Below, in pieces: positions 37,501 to 49,876 of a DNA stretch of 64,000 nucleotides. The stretch lies in assembly GCA_021613535.1 (NCBI GenBank), contig CP075494.1:62001-126000 (forward strand), written 5' to 3'. The notes beneath the pieces were generated by a model, which saw only the letters and a list, made by a program, of their open reading frames with translations, ran no database searches and had not been told where the DNA came from. This DNA is from Adineta vaga (lineage: Eukaryota > Animalia > Rotifera). Each line of letters begins with the position of its first letter. Within the stretch, counting starts at the first letter, position 1. Position numbers and translations under genes: made by a program.

Positions 37501-38456
37501 CGGCAATATTGTCAAGACGTAGTTCTAATAGATTACTTAATGATGTTGTCATACCTTTGTTTCGTACAAGATTTCGATGATTATTTAACATTTCTTCATA
37601 TTCAAAATTGAATTTGTTTTCAGCATGATAGTATTTGAGTTCTGCTTTAGCTAGGTATGAGGCAAATGAGTCAAGTTTCATTTGTTGAAGCGTTTTTTCA
37701 TGCTTATTATCAAGTAAAAATTTCTGAACAGTATTAGATGATGTTGTAGAATCAGTTGTTAATGGCAATGCTAATTCGATATTGTTGATAAAAGCAGGAA
37801 GTTTATGATAGAAAACACGTTGTTTTAATTCAATTAATTCACGTTTCGCTTTTTCCAATTCATATTTTGATCTATGCAATCGTTCAGCTATTTCAATCTG
37901 AATAATGAAATAATGATATTAATTCTATGAAATCCATCGATTAGTTCTACTTGACTTACTTGATATTCATTTGGATTTTCTTGTTTATATTTTCTTTCAA
38001 GTATGATAGAATTGAAATTATATTTCAGTAAAGCTATTTTGAGATCTCTTTTCATTTGAAGTGGAATAATGCCATAGTGTTGAACATATTGAACGATTGA
38101 CTTTTCAATTACTGAAGTAAACCCGGTTAGACTGTTCTTTTTGTCTGTAAGTTGTTGAGTGTATTGTTCAATTTTTTCATTGATTTGTTTTAAACGTTCA
38201 TTGACAAAATTTTCATAATTGAGTTGTTCACTATTTGAATCTATTTCTGCCGTCGTCGTCGTCGTAGCAGTAATGTCTGATTGTGTCCGTTTTGCTAGCA
38301 TATCTGACATAACTTCTTCAGGCCAAACTCGTCGGTCAATTTCGATTAAATCCAAACTAGAATCATCTAGTTTGCCAGTACCAGATAGTAGATAAACAGA
38401 ATTAATCTGTTTTTGTATACGATTGGCAGTTATACGATGCATTAATAATGCTATCA
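34537..38456 (-). pseudogene. Athena coiled-coil plus RT fusion with non-catalytic motifs, disrupted
   Basis: LSRGPTYVSPCQ, KLPYLYLLP, FCTIQITNFYS, LANIYLFEWQ, GRHKDHIFFTWN, LPYVVGH; stop at 35310, frameshift ~35112, MULE insertion. Confidence 0.8.
35915..36681 (+). mobile_element. Internally deleted MULE inserted at the RT splice donor
   Basis: 9-bp TSD CTTTCGAAA (35906-35914, 36682-36690); TIRs with GAGCAAT repeats; retains SWIM finger CTC..CKH and AT-hook KRGRP (~36268-36439). Confidence 0.88.
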
Positions 38457-38791
38457 TTTTTTTTTTTTTTTATTTTGCTAAAACTGCGATCATTCGATCC
38501 TAACAGTACAAAAAGTTATAGAAAAACAAACACAAAAAAAAAAGTGAACATTACTGTAACGACAAACTGGTTGAGTAGCTAACCGCCTCTCACGGTATGA
38601 TGTTTATTGACTACTCTACATGACCAGAATGTGCCGGTTTCACAATAAGACACACGTTTATATAGAGAAGAGGAAAGAGAGAGATGACCCGGAGACAATA
38701 TGATATAGAGGTGAGAGAATAGAGAACAGAAAGAGATGAACGATATCATTATCGTTACAATTACCCAGTAAAAAAAAACACCAACATATGA

Positions 38792-41791
38792 TTAGCAGAA
38801 AGAATCAGGAAATGATTGTAGAAGTCCAATTTCTTGTAAATCATAATGATAAACTGAAGAGTTTTGAGGAACAGAAGAGAGCCAAGAAACTACTTTTTCA
38901 AGAATTGATAGTTGAGGAACAAATCTTTTAGATCTTCTTAAGCAACTAATTGGAAATTCTTTATCTAACCAGCTTTTTCTGAACTCACATAAGTTTGCTT
39001 TTTCGAAAATGAGATAACCATCAATTGAATTAGATAACGCAAACAAATAACGATTCCAATAGGCCGAGCATCGATCTTCAAGAGATAATTCATCAAGTAT
39101 GTGTGCAAAAAACAATTCATTCCAACAAAGACAATTAAGGGTGCGACGCAGAGAAGTATAGTAAAATTTAGACATATTTTCTTGTTGTTTACGAGTAAGT
39201 AACGGAAAAATAGGATAAATCCAAGTGAAAATAGGAAGAACATGAGAGTAAAATAAAACTTTACGAAGACGAGGAGAAGAACAACCGAAAAGTTTAAAAG
39301 AGCGAATAAGAGCTATTCTTTTTCGCACTTTACATTCAGTAAATTTAATTAATTTAGTCCAACCAAGTTTAGATGAAATAATATAACCAAGATATTTATA
39401 TTCTTTTACCCATTTAACTTGATCATTTCCATCATTATCAAATGAAATAGTAAACTTTGGGTTTCCAACCGCTCTAGCACTAAATAAAGCTTCAGTTTTA
39501 TTTCTATTTAATGATTGATCAGTTAATAAAGTATAAAATTCTAAACAATCAAGAAAAGATTTAACCCGTTTCTCAAGATCTAAACATTGATCTGTAAAAC
39601 GAATTCCTAGTTGACCAGCAAGAACTGCGGCAACATCATCAGCAAAGAAATGACTAGTACAACCAGAAAGAAACTGACTCATATCACAATGATAAGTAAT
39701 AAACAAAGTAGGAGTTAATACACTTCCTTGAGGTCCACCTTTACCAATCGAAAACAAACGAGAATGACACCCATTAAAATCAATAAAACGTTTCCTATTA
39801 CGAAGCCAAACATCAATCCAATTTAAATATGAAGAAGGAATACCAAGTTGTTTAAGTTTACCTATACATCCACTGTGCCAAATTTGATCAAAGGCTGACT
39901 TTAGATCAATAAATATAGTACAAATCGGTTCACTATTTGAGAAAATACTATAGATATCTTCTAAAAACAACAACAACCGTGTTTGTAATCGAAAATTTTC
40001 ACGGAATCCAGACTGATTGTCAGGTAGTAAACCCCTTCGAATCAGAACATCACGAAATCTATTGAGAAATAATCTTTCACCAACCTTAAGAAAAGAATCA
40101 ATAAGCGAAATAGGTCTAGTAAGTGAAGGAGAACAAATCGAATCCTTTTTAGCAAGTAAAATCATACGAGTATTTTTCCAACCAACAGGAAGAACAGCCT
40201 TTTGAAAAGAGTGGTTAAACAATTTAAGAAATAACGACCAATAATTAACATCAACAAAATCAAACATATAATTACTAAGACCATTTGCATCAATAGACTT
40301 CTTTTTACGTTTATTTTTAATAATAAGAAGCAATTCATCAAGAGTTACTTCAGGAATCTGTTCATCGGTATTATCAAAATTAATAGGTGGAGAATCTGTA
40401 TAAGGATGAGGTCTACAAATATCGGAAGTACTAAAAAAAGATTCAAAATAATCAGCTGCAATTTCACACATGGTTTTAGTATCATTAGAAACACTTCCTG
40501 AAGAATCAATAAGTCCATGAATAGAAGAAGAGGAAGGTTTAAGATGCCTTTTAGTTCTACTCCAAAAAAAATTGGAAGCAGAAGTAGAGGAATTACGAAA
40601 GTGAAGAAGAGAAGAAAGATTAGAGGAAAAAAAATTTCTCAGTTCATTTTTAGCAATTTTTCGAAGCGAATTAATCACACTTTTTAAATCAGAATTTTTT
40701 GTTCTCATCTGTTGAAAAAAAAGTGCTCGAATATATGACAGAAATGATCTGATTTCTATAGGAATAGAAGGACGATATTTATCACATGAAAAAACAATCG
40801 TGCAACGAGAAAAAAGAAGAAACAAAAACTTGCTATAATCATTATATAAAACATCAAGATTATCGACATTCCATAATTTCTCCCAAAAAGGATAAGTAAA
40901 TTCTGTAAACAGAGAAAATACCTTCCAACGAACATTTTTACCAACACGATGTTGATCCTTTTTAAAAGGAATAACAGAAAGGATCGGAACATGATCACTT
41001 GATGTCTTACGATATGTTTGAATTTTGACATTAGAACAATTAGTGAACACATAATCAATAACCCGATCCGACCTTGTAGAAGTGGGCTCATCAGTAAAAA
41101 TAGGAGAAAGAAAATTACTATCAGCCCAATCAAGAAGAACATCAGTTTTTTGTTTGTCCTGCAAAAGATCAACATTATAATCTCCGAATACAACACATTT
41201 TTTTGATAAATAGGAAGATAGATCATGCCAATTCCAAGTTTTACTATCAGGTGCATACACACCTAAAACACGTAATGTATCAATACCTTTAATATCAACG
41301 ATACAAACATTGGGAACGTTACAGATGACACGAACAACATGAATATCACTTTTAACTAAAATCAAAACACCACCATGACCGTTTTCTCCTTCCTGGAAAA
41401 ACATCTTAAAGTTATTGAAGATCTTTTCGTAAAAGGAAATTTCTAAGTTGCCAGTTTCAAGAAGAATTACTATATCAGGATTAGAAGAAGAAATTAAAAG
41501 AAGAACTTCATTCCATCTTAGACCAAGGCCTCTAACATTGAAAGATAATATAAGAAGAGAGGAAAAACTAGAAGAAGAAGAAAGCGAACTTTTTGGTACA
41601 AATAATTTCCATTTAGAAAAACAAGAAGCAAGAGTTAAACTTCCTTCCCATTCATTAAGAATAGAGGAAAAAAGATTGAAATCAAAACGCGACAAAGTAG
41701 CTTTCGCTTTAGATAACATATCATCACGTCTACAAAGATTGGAGGAAGAGATACAAGAGAAAAAAAGAGTAGAGTAAGGAGACAGAGACAT
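38792..41791 (-). CDS. LINE ORF2: APE endonuclease plus RT, intact 999 aa
   Basis: SFNVRGL, LLET, GDYN, IDY, SDH; RPISL, GGPQGS, FADD, YKYLG. Confidence 0.95.
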   Translation of the reverse strand: MSLSPYSTLFFSCISSSNLCRRDDMLSKAKATLSRFDFNLFSSILNEWEGSLTLASCFSKWKLFVPKSSLSSSSSFSSLLILSFNVRGLGLRWNEVLLLISSSNPDIVILLETGNLEISFYEKIFNNFKMFFQEGENGHGGVLILVKSDIHVVRVICNVPNVCIVDIKGIDTLRVLGVYAPDSKTWNWHDLSSYLSKKCVVFGDYNVDLLQDKQKTDVLLDWADSNFLSPIFTDEPTSTRSDRVIDYVFTNCSNVKIQTYRKTSSDHVPILSVIPFKKDQHRVGKNVRWKVFSLFTEFTYPFWEKLWNVDNLDVLYNDYSKFLFLLFSRCTIVFSCDKYRPSIPIEIRSFLSYIRALFFQQMRTKNSDLKSVINSLRKIAKNELRNFFSSNLSSLLHFRNSSTSASNFFWSRTKRHLKPSSSSIHGLIDSSGSVSNDTKTMCEIAADYFESFFSTSDICRPHPYTDSPPINFDNTDEQIPEVTLDELLLIIKNKRKKKSIDANGLSNYMFDFVDVNYWSLFLKLFNHSFQKAVLPVGWKNTRMILLAKKDSICSPSLTRPISLIDSFLKVGERLFLNRFRDVLIRRGLLPDNQSGFRENFRLQTRLLLFLEDIYSIFSNSEPICTIFIDLKSAFDQIWHSGCIGKLKQLGIPSSYLNWIDVWLRNRKRFIDFNGCHSRLFSIGKGGPQGSVLTPTLFITYHCDMSQFLSGCTSHFFADDVAAVLAGQLGIRFTDQCLDLEKRVKSFLDCLEFYTLLTDQSLNRNKTEALFSARAVGNPKFTISFDNDGNDQVKWVKEYKYLGYIISSKLGWTKLIKFTECKVRKRIALIRSFKLFGCSSPRLRKVLFYSHVLPIFTWIYPIFPLLTRKQQENMSKFYYTSLRRTLNCLCWNELFFAHILDELSLEDRCSAYWNRYLFALSNSIDGYLIFEKANLCEFRKSWLDKEFPISCLRRSKRFVPQLSILEKVVSWLSSVPQNSSVYHYDLQEIGLLQSFPDSFC

Positions 41792-43519
41792 TAGTTTGTG
41801 AATTGTTTACCTTCAATAGCTTTTTTCACTTGTATACCATAACGATCCAATTTACACTTCAGATCAGCATCAAGTGTGTTTCCTTTTTTATCTTGATTTA
41901 AAGAAGATAAAAATAAGAATAAATCTTGAAACATTGGTAATAATAATTTAATAAGCATATTTTCATGACGATCAATAAAAACACTATGATGAACCAAATC
42001 CTTCTTGAAATCTTTTTGAGCGGAAGAAATTTCATTCACATTTAACATGATAAGGTCATCACCTTGTTGTTTAGCTAATAAGACTTGCTCAATTGTACTT
42101 TGTTTATCTTGTAAATTATCCAACTGCTTCTTCATTTCTGTCATAGAATTCATCAAATCATCGAGTTTCTTTAACATGGGATTATTTGCATTAATTGCAT
42201 TAATATTTGGTTGATGTGAAGGAATATGAGTATGATTATGTAACGTAGCACCTGCATAACTAACTGGTTTAGCAACATTGTTTGTATTTAAGAATTTCTT
42301 TGTTAATTCAGCACGAAATGCTTTTAACACTGGACATTTAAGCGAGGTTGACTTATGATTAGAATGACAATGAATGCATTTTTCAACTTGAGAACATGTA
42401 TGATCTTTTAAATTATCCACCTGTTCACCACATGTCCCTACAAGTTTCTTTAGTTTGAGTACACTGTTTCTTAAAATGCCCAATCGCCATACATTTTGAA
42501 CAAATGAGAACATTAGCAGGTGCTAAGTATTCTACAACATCATAAGACAAATGATTTATAAGAATACGACGATCCTTCAAAATTTTATCCCGAGTAGAAG
42601 CACAAGTTAATTCTAATTTGACCAATTTAATATCATTTTGCATTTTATTTTTTAATCTAATAACATTTTTAACATCCGGAAATTTATTTTTAATCATGTC
42701 AGTAAATTCATCGAAGTTAATATTCAAATCAACGTTTTTCATCAGTAAACTTAATTGAGATGGAATTGAAGGAAATGATTGAATCAAAAAAGATTCATCA
42801 CCTAGAACATTAGGCCAATGATCAGTTTTTAATAAAAATGAAAAGGAAAGAACATCTTTAACATAAAAATGAACATTATAATTACCACCAGAAGCATTTG
42901 AACTAAATAATCGACAATTTAATATATCAATATCAAATTGATGTACCGTTTTACAATGCTTAATTAATTCTTCTTTGATTTGGTTCATCGTAAATTTATC
43001 AGATTTAAAAAGAAGAATAAATGGAGCAAAAGGATAACGGGATTGAGCATAACGAGTTGATTCATTAGTAATTATAAACTGTTGAGAAACAATAGGACCA
43101 TTGGATAAATTATCACCAATAATATTAACATCATTACCAACAGCTGAAACACCAGCATTAACAGAATTTCCGTGCACAGAAATTTCTTTCGAATCACGTC
43201 TTGAATGTTTCTTATAAGAAACAGTAAGAAAACCATCGGCGACATCTACTGAAAGTGGACGACGTACCGAGGAACTTGAAGAATTAATAAGATGGTAATC
43301 AATAGAAGAAGAATTTAAACCAAGATCAGGATTAGCACCAAGTGATTCAAAATCGACACCAGCAACATGATCATTATCCGAATTAACATTTGAAACATTT
43401 TTAGATATTGTGGAAGACTTTTTACGAGATTCACGACAATAACCATGATTACAATCAGATTGTTCACAAATTTTACCATCATTAAGATGATTAAATTTAG
43501 AATTAGAATTAGAAGCCAT
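41791..43519 (-). CDS. LINE ORF1 gag-like with three zinc knuckles and coiled coil; +1 frameshift at ~42437
   Basis: CSKCMAIGHFKKQC, C(RT)CG..H.C, CIHCHSNH..C; TAATG overlap with ORF2. Confidence 0.88.
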
Positions 43520-45017
43520 AGGAATGGCTTTTAAATTCCAAAAATGAGCAATAATTAAAAAAAAAATTCCTCGAAATACTTTAACACGTGGTTAAAGTGG
43601 AGAAAGAAAGGAAAAAAAATGTAAACAATAGACGAGAACGACGAAAATGAGAAAGCGGATAATTGTTGTTTATGAAGAAGAGGAAAAGTATACAATCATA
43701 GATTGTCACAATGCCAGATACCTATAATTTGAAACTTAAATTCAACTGTCTAATTCTTCGTTCAATTATTCGAATATTCGTATAATTGAAAAACTGAACA
43801 AATAGTTAAATAGTTGAATTGAAATTTCGATTTGCGCATTACTAAAAGCTGCAAAGATCGTAGTAGCTATTCATAGCAGACTGCCAGTTCGTGTGAACAA
43901 TGATTATGAATAATCAACATTACATAAATAACAAGAACAATGACAGTTCTTTGTTCACTTTTGAAAAAGGGTGAAAATCATGAGGATCGTTGTCGAGATG
44001 TCATTTCTAAGGGCAAGTTCTATCTTAGGTGTTATCCATATAGTCGAGTGTAATGCAAGTCTCCTTCGACGAGCGTTATTTATTGTAATTAAATTAGACA
44101 AAAGTTTGAATTTTAGTTTGAGGAAAAAGTTTCTTTTGAGCTCATTAAGTCGACGAATTTTCCGAGTAACTAACCATCGGTGTGAAGACGTGGCAGCGCG
44201 TAATCATTAACCATTTTCGAAGCCGTTGTCATAAATTTTGTACGATCACATGAATATTCATAGCCAGCTTCACTAGAAATTGAAAAAATAGAGGAGTAGT
44301 CGTCAGCTTGCTGAATAACGTCATGATTTAAAAACATGACCCGTTCATGTGATCATTTACGTCAGCTGAAATCATCAAATTCTGTGATGGAATATACAAT
44401 GCCCGTTCTTAATAACGACACTAGATCGAAACTTTATTTTGTTCTTACCCGCGTTCATCTATTTTTCAACCAATTCCAAACAACCTTATAATTGGGGAAT
44501 CCTTGGATGACGACCTATCGATTAATGCATTTCCGATCCCTCTTCTCATATGTTTTCGTGGAGAAATCACCGGTCTACGATCGTGATGTCTTGCTGTCGT
44601 TATTACTTACTACTTCTGTAATATTGACACTCAAGTGAAATCTATGCAGAAAATGGAATTTTTTCAAAAAACAACATCTTTGACGAGTTTTATCAAGAAA
44701 TCGATGGCACGGTTTTAAGTCAATTTTGAAGATCGTCTCAAGTTCTACTTATATCTATCGATTCAGGTCGATTGAACCATGTCTTAAGAAATCCTAAAAT
44801 CAACAAAAAGCATTTCGGATCGATGGAAAAAATAGATGTCCCTAATGACGACGCCCAGCAATTTTTTTGCTCTAATAACTACAATGAGCTATTTGGAAGC
44901 GATTTCTGGGGCGAAGCTGATGGCGCAATCTTCAACATCGTAGAAGAGAAAGCATTCCCCAACGATCTTATCCAAACATTAATTATACGAGATCATTAAC
45001 AACAATATCAGCGGCTA

Positions 45018-45950
45018 TTATGTTGGCAACAGAGTTCTTGTGTTTCTTACAAGTTTTCTAAAACATTTGAGAAAGTTCCAAAATTATTCATATTAAGGGT
45101 AGATCAAGGAAGTATGAATATCTTTCGAATGATGATATAGTCATCGAATATGAATGGTGATCGTGAACTCAATAAATCTTTCGAGGAAAGAGATTGAAGT
45201 GGTTTTTTACTGGCTGCATTGCGTCTGAGTTACAAAGCAATGGAAGCAGCCAACAAAATATGTTGCATAATGATCGATGATGTACTCTCTATCTGTCTGA
45301 CATAACATTGATTTGATCGTCTTAAGAATAGCTGCTAAGATGTTAGCTTCCTATCTGAGCAAGGGATAGAACATCGGCAAAAGAGAACAAAAGAAAAAGA
45401 AAATGAAGCAAAGGTAATGTACGTAGGGCTCGAACTCACACCTTCTGCTATCCACAGATGTCTTAGATCGGTTAGACTAAAAGGACCATTTTAATTTCAA
45501 GTTTAGCGTTGTATGATTCACACAAAAGCTAACATAAGAACTCGACGATTTACCTAGCTCTAGACGATCGCTAGAAGTTGCTGTGGAAAAGCATCCAAGC
45601 AGAATAGATTATACATGAAAGTATAGAGCCTAGATACCCCACAAGTTAGTACTATATATCCTTCAACAAAAGGTTGCTGCTTGTATAGATTTAATCCTAT
45701 CTCACCGCAACTAGCAGTCGTCTCATGATTTTATCACGGGCAATAAGGAGTGAACAATGTATCTAAACTACACTAACAGACACCAACAGCTGAATGCTGA
45801 TCAAAGAAGCGAATCTACGCCGAAGACTGATTCATATCCCATGAAACTAATTTTCAGTGTTTGGTGGGAAACCAGTCGAACTATTCAACGGCTATTTCTT
45901 CTAAATGGCTGTACCTTCCCTGTCGATCTCTACTTTCAGCAATTGGACCG
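45018..45950 (+). mobile_element. Decayed, 3'-truncated mariner related to 25732-26975
   Basis: TIR ttatgttggcaacagagtt; relics caaagcaatggaagcagccaac, ctcgacgatttacct, SVWW, QQLDR. Confidence 0.8.
45341..45534 (-). mobile_element. tRNA-carrying TG...CA element, copy 2, nested in the decayed mariner
   Basis: TGTTAGCTT...AAGCTAACA ends; 5-bp TSD TAAGA; A box and GTTCGA box on the minus strand. Confidence 0.85.
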
Positions 45951-46131
45951 ATATGATTGGATACGAGTGAGAGACTGAGTGAGGGTGTGGATAAAGAATA
46001 AATACTCCCATTCATCCTACAACAACATCTGGTAGGGTCCCATACATGACTTCTAAAAGCAAAGTTTTAGATGATTGAGATGAAATCATCAAATTAAGAG
46101 CGTTCATAGTGTAGTGGTTAATGGTCAAGTT

Positions 46132-46888
46132 ATAACGGGTGGATCGAAAGTTTTGGCACAAAATGTTTGTTTATTTTTCAGTCTCTTCAAAGAGTTTGTA
46201 GAAATGTAAAAACATTGTGTTAAAATCAGAATTTTATGCTCTTTTTGGATATGGGCTCAAAACTTTTCTAGTACTTTTGGTTTCAGAGCTACAAGCCAAT
46301 CTTTTAGACGCTCTAAAATCAAGTTTGGACGAAAAAATTGATGATATTTGTAGCAATCGGTTTTTTCACTGTATGTATTATATCACTGTTTTTTTTTGCG
46401 TAGAATTAAAGCTGAAAATTGTCTCTGCAGAATGAAATCAGAATCAAGAGTTTTAAAATAACCATTTAGAATTGGTCGAGCTCGATTTGCAAATGTATTT
46501 TCCATAGAAATCGAGAAAATCGCTAAAAATTGACATGTATTCTCTGGTAAAATAATCGCTATTAACAGATAGATTGGAGCAATCCAAAAAGTAATAGAGT
46601 ATTTTGTAGGGAAATACCTGCTCTTTCATTCCCTGTATTTGAAATAGTTGTTCCTGCTACTTGGGGCAATTTAAAGTGTACTGAAGCTCGTCCAATCTTG
46701 CTTTTAGAGCGTCTAAAAGATTGACTTGTAGCTCTGAAATCAAAAGTACTAGAAAAGTTTTGAGCCCATATCCAAAAAGAGCATAAAATTCTGATTTTAA
46801 CACAATGTTTTTAAATTTCTACAAACTCTTTTAAGAGACTGAAAAATAAACAAACATTTTGTGCCAAAACTTTCGATCCATCCGTTAT
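46132..46888. mobile_element. MITE with ~200-bp TIRs
   Basis: ataacgggtggatcgaaagttttggcac... / ...gtgccaaaactttcgatccatccgttat, nearly identical arms. Confidence 0.9.
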
Positions 46889-47660
46889 TAACACGTGCAA
46901 GTTCATGCAGTTATCGATATTGTCATTAGCGATCTCGTATGATCCATGTTCGGGTAGGACCTTTGCTCTTATTTTTTTTCTTTTATCTGAAGTTGATTTT
47001 CCTCTGCGAACGAAGATTTTCTCATTCCAAACAGCAGAACTTATCAGCTTTTGTATAGACGACTAATTACTTCTTTCAGCAATACTGACCTCTTATGAAT
47101 CAATGACATTGTAACGAAATCAAAGGAAGGAAGGAAGGAAAGAGTATTGCTACAGCAACATGAGCATGACGTGAAGGGTCTGCAGACTAAAGGTATTAAT
47201 CTGAAGATATACAAGCAAAATATTAAAAAAATAAAAGCCATGGCTTTTCCAATGAATGAGTTACATTATCATAGATCTTTAGTTCGGGAAGATCATAACT
47301 TTATTGCCTGTAGAAGGCAAAGGATATTTAGGGAACAGTCCTTTTCAAAGTTTTAGAGACACCATCTTCTAATCAAAGAAATAATGGTGAACTGCGGAGC
47401 ATACAGGCAGTGTATACAAAACGGACAAAGTTGAGTTAAAAACTTCGAATACGAAGGAAGGATATCAATGTGCCTACTCATTCAATAAGCTTATAAAAAG
47501 ATTTTTACATGGCCTCAAATAACAATGATTTGTTTTTTCAAACGACATATCAAATTACGATAATACTTTTCCAATCTCACTTCCATAAAACAAACAATAG
47601 AACATAACACAAATTATGAAAAAATAATATTTATATCGTCGCGAATATCTCAATACTTAC

Positions 47661-48180
47661 CAATTGGCAGCACAATCCATTACTGGATTATCTATCACTT
47701 CAACCAACCTTTCGAGTATTTCAATTAAAGTCATTCTTGGATGATATGATTTTTCTTCAAAACAACAGCAACAAGGACCACCTATGAAACAAAACATACG
47801 AACGACTAAGAGGTAGTTTTATTAACTGAAATATGATTTTTTGACTTTCAAACCGATATCAATATTTTAATGTTAACACTCACACCCTACATACCATACT
47901 CATAAATATTTGGATGGTATATTCTTGTTAGAAATCGCAGTTCTGGAGCTTTAAATGGATATTCGGCTGGAAGTGTTATCTGTACTCGGTATGAACCTTT
48001 TACATATGGTTCACTTTTTGGTAAAACACGGACGATGAATGACAGTCTTTCACCTGTATCCGGTTCGTCCAATGGAGTTTTTTCGAGAATAATTGAAGTA
48101 CAGTTTCTTAACTTGTTTGCCTCATTCACTACACGTTTATTTATTTGGATAAGCGGCGATTTGTCTGACACCGCTTTGCT
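47661..48180 (-). CDS. E2 ubiquitin-conjugating enzyme-like gene; start codon and last exon not found
   Basis: PYVKGSY, LPAEYPFKAP, TRIYHPNI; intron ~47782-47894; GPCCCC...LVEVIDNP. Confidence 0.7.
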
Positions 48181-49212
48181 AGTGAATGATGATCTAAAAA
48201 GTAAAATTATAACGGTTCCCTTCCAAGAACAAAGGCGTATAAGTCCACAAAATCTCTCATCCTTGCTTAAACCAATGAAGTTCATGGAACAATGCAGAAT
48301 AGAACAGCAACTCTTTTCATAAAAAAACTCAAATCTTTTCGTGAGCGTGCGGAATTTATGCGGTCTACTTTACACTACCATGCCCTTTTACGTGATAAAC
48401 TGTCATATTTGGACAGTAGACTCAAATGGTCTCATCGGAAAGGACGAAAATTTCTTTGTCGATTCTTACCTGAACCATCTGGCAAGTGTCCACAAAAAAT
48501 GCAGGGACTATACTCTAAAAAAATATAGGGAATATGACCGAACCCAAAACAAGTTTCGTAGATGTCAAAAGCTTTCAAATGCATCAACAAATAGAAAGAA
48601 ATGTTTTTCAAAATCAACGAAACCTAGAAAGGGTGTGGGTGTGGGTGAGAATATTCTCCTTCATTCCTCAGTCGCACCTGCATCTATGCATACACGCACA
48701 CTCACACTTTTCAGACTTCATCCTAAAGATAATGAATACTAGCACCGTGCACGAATTCATTACTGTGTTAAAGGAAAAGGTAATCGTCATTCGAAATAAA
48801 TATAAACTGTATTTCTGAATTAGTCGAATCTTTTATCAACTGTGTACAACTCGATTAAAAAAGAAATTGAGGGATATGAATAAAATATGGGTTTATGAAG
48901 TACAACACTGCTGTATCACCCCATCCTATTGATGTCAACATCGAGGCCAGAACAAAACCAAATACTACTAATATTGCAATCGTTGTCCATATATCGAAAA
49001 CCTTAAAAGATCTCTATAATCAGCTCAGTTAAGATGATACTTAAAGAACTTTTGAAGATTCTCTACAAAACAATAAAATATGCAGGTATATGCTGAATTA
49101 TAGGCTCACTCTCCCTCTCTGCTTTTCTACTATACTGAAAGTAGGATCCAAGACAAAAAGGATTGATGATCCTGTCAAATGATGTTCTTTCATAGAATCA
49201 CAGTAAACTTAC

Positions 49213-49631
49213 TCAAAATCATTTGTACGATCACATATCGCTGATACTAATTGGTGTTGTGTATTAAAAACCCCAACAACTTTTTTACAAGTTTCATCAT
49301 TCCATGTTTCACAAGTCGAACAAGTTTCGCAGTATATATAAATTGCTTGAATTGAGGGTATTTCGTAAATCAATGGTACTATTGTGTTACCAAATGTGGA
49401 CGACATAATAAAAAGGACCATATCATCTTCTAGTGACGAGATATAATCGACACAGTCATCTATCTCATCAAATACTTCGACTTGTTTAACTTGCTCTTTT
49501 ATTCGACTAATTACTGATTTTTCTTGGTTATCTTTTGAACTTTTTTCAAACCAAACAACAGTGGCATCTGCACATAACTTATCCTTACTTGTGCAATATT
49601 GATTAGAGGCTGTTTTTAATCTATCATCCAT
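49213..49631 (-). pseudogene. First exon of a bdelloid ART/TPR-type gene (receiver-like N-terminal domain); downstream exons not seen
   Basis: VVWF...FDEIDDCVDYI...IMSSTFGNTIVPLI...IYIYC, ending at GTAAGT donor. Confidence 0.55.
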
Positions 49632-49876
49632 ACCAGACTATGATAACCTAAAAATATGGTCGAACTAGCAAATCGAGAACAGAAAGACAAAGTTAAGCGA
49701 TCGTTCATGATCTCATGGAGAGCGACTCTATTTTGTCATTAAGCTGATTTAAACCGAACTGGGAATCGATTAGGACCGCATTTAAACATACTGAAAGCTA
49801 TTGTTGGGTGTGGAAATGTAGATGTGAATGAAGACTGATGTGAGTGAAGCTCGTGAGGAAAAGTCATCAATTGATA

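Larger units (their letters stand above)
27135..38456 (-). mobile_element. Terminon (giant Athena/Penelope-like retroelement), 5'-truncated, 3' end not located
   Basis: Co-oriented spliced ORFs: coiled-coil/RT fusion, DEDDy exonuclease, TM ORFs, second coiled-coil ORF. Confidence 0.85.
38457..43650 (-). mobile_element. Full-length ~5.2-kb non-LTR retrotransposon (jockey-group, Hebe-like)
   Basis: Poly(A) at 38457-38471, ORF1 and ORF2, 5' UTR starting near CATTTTCGTCG; no TSD seen. Confidence 0.9.

Noticed and set aside
41448-41777. Highly charged 109-aa antisense ORF
   Set aside because: Mirror of the Ser/Leu/Phe-rich, TC-biased start of LINE ORF2
43971-44999. Short ORFs possibly from a decayed gene
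   Set aside because: No recognisable motif or coherent exon structure
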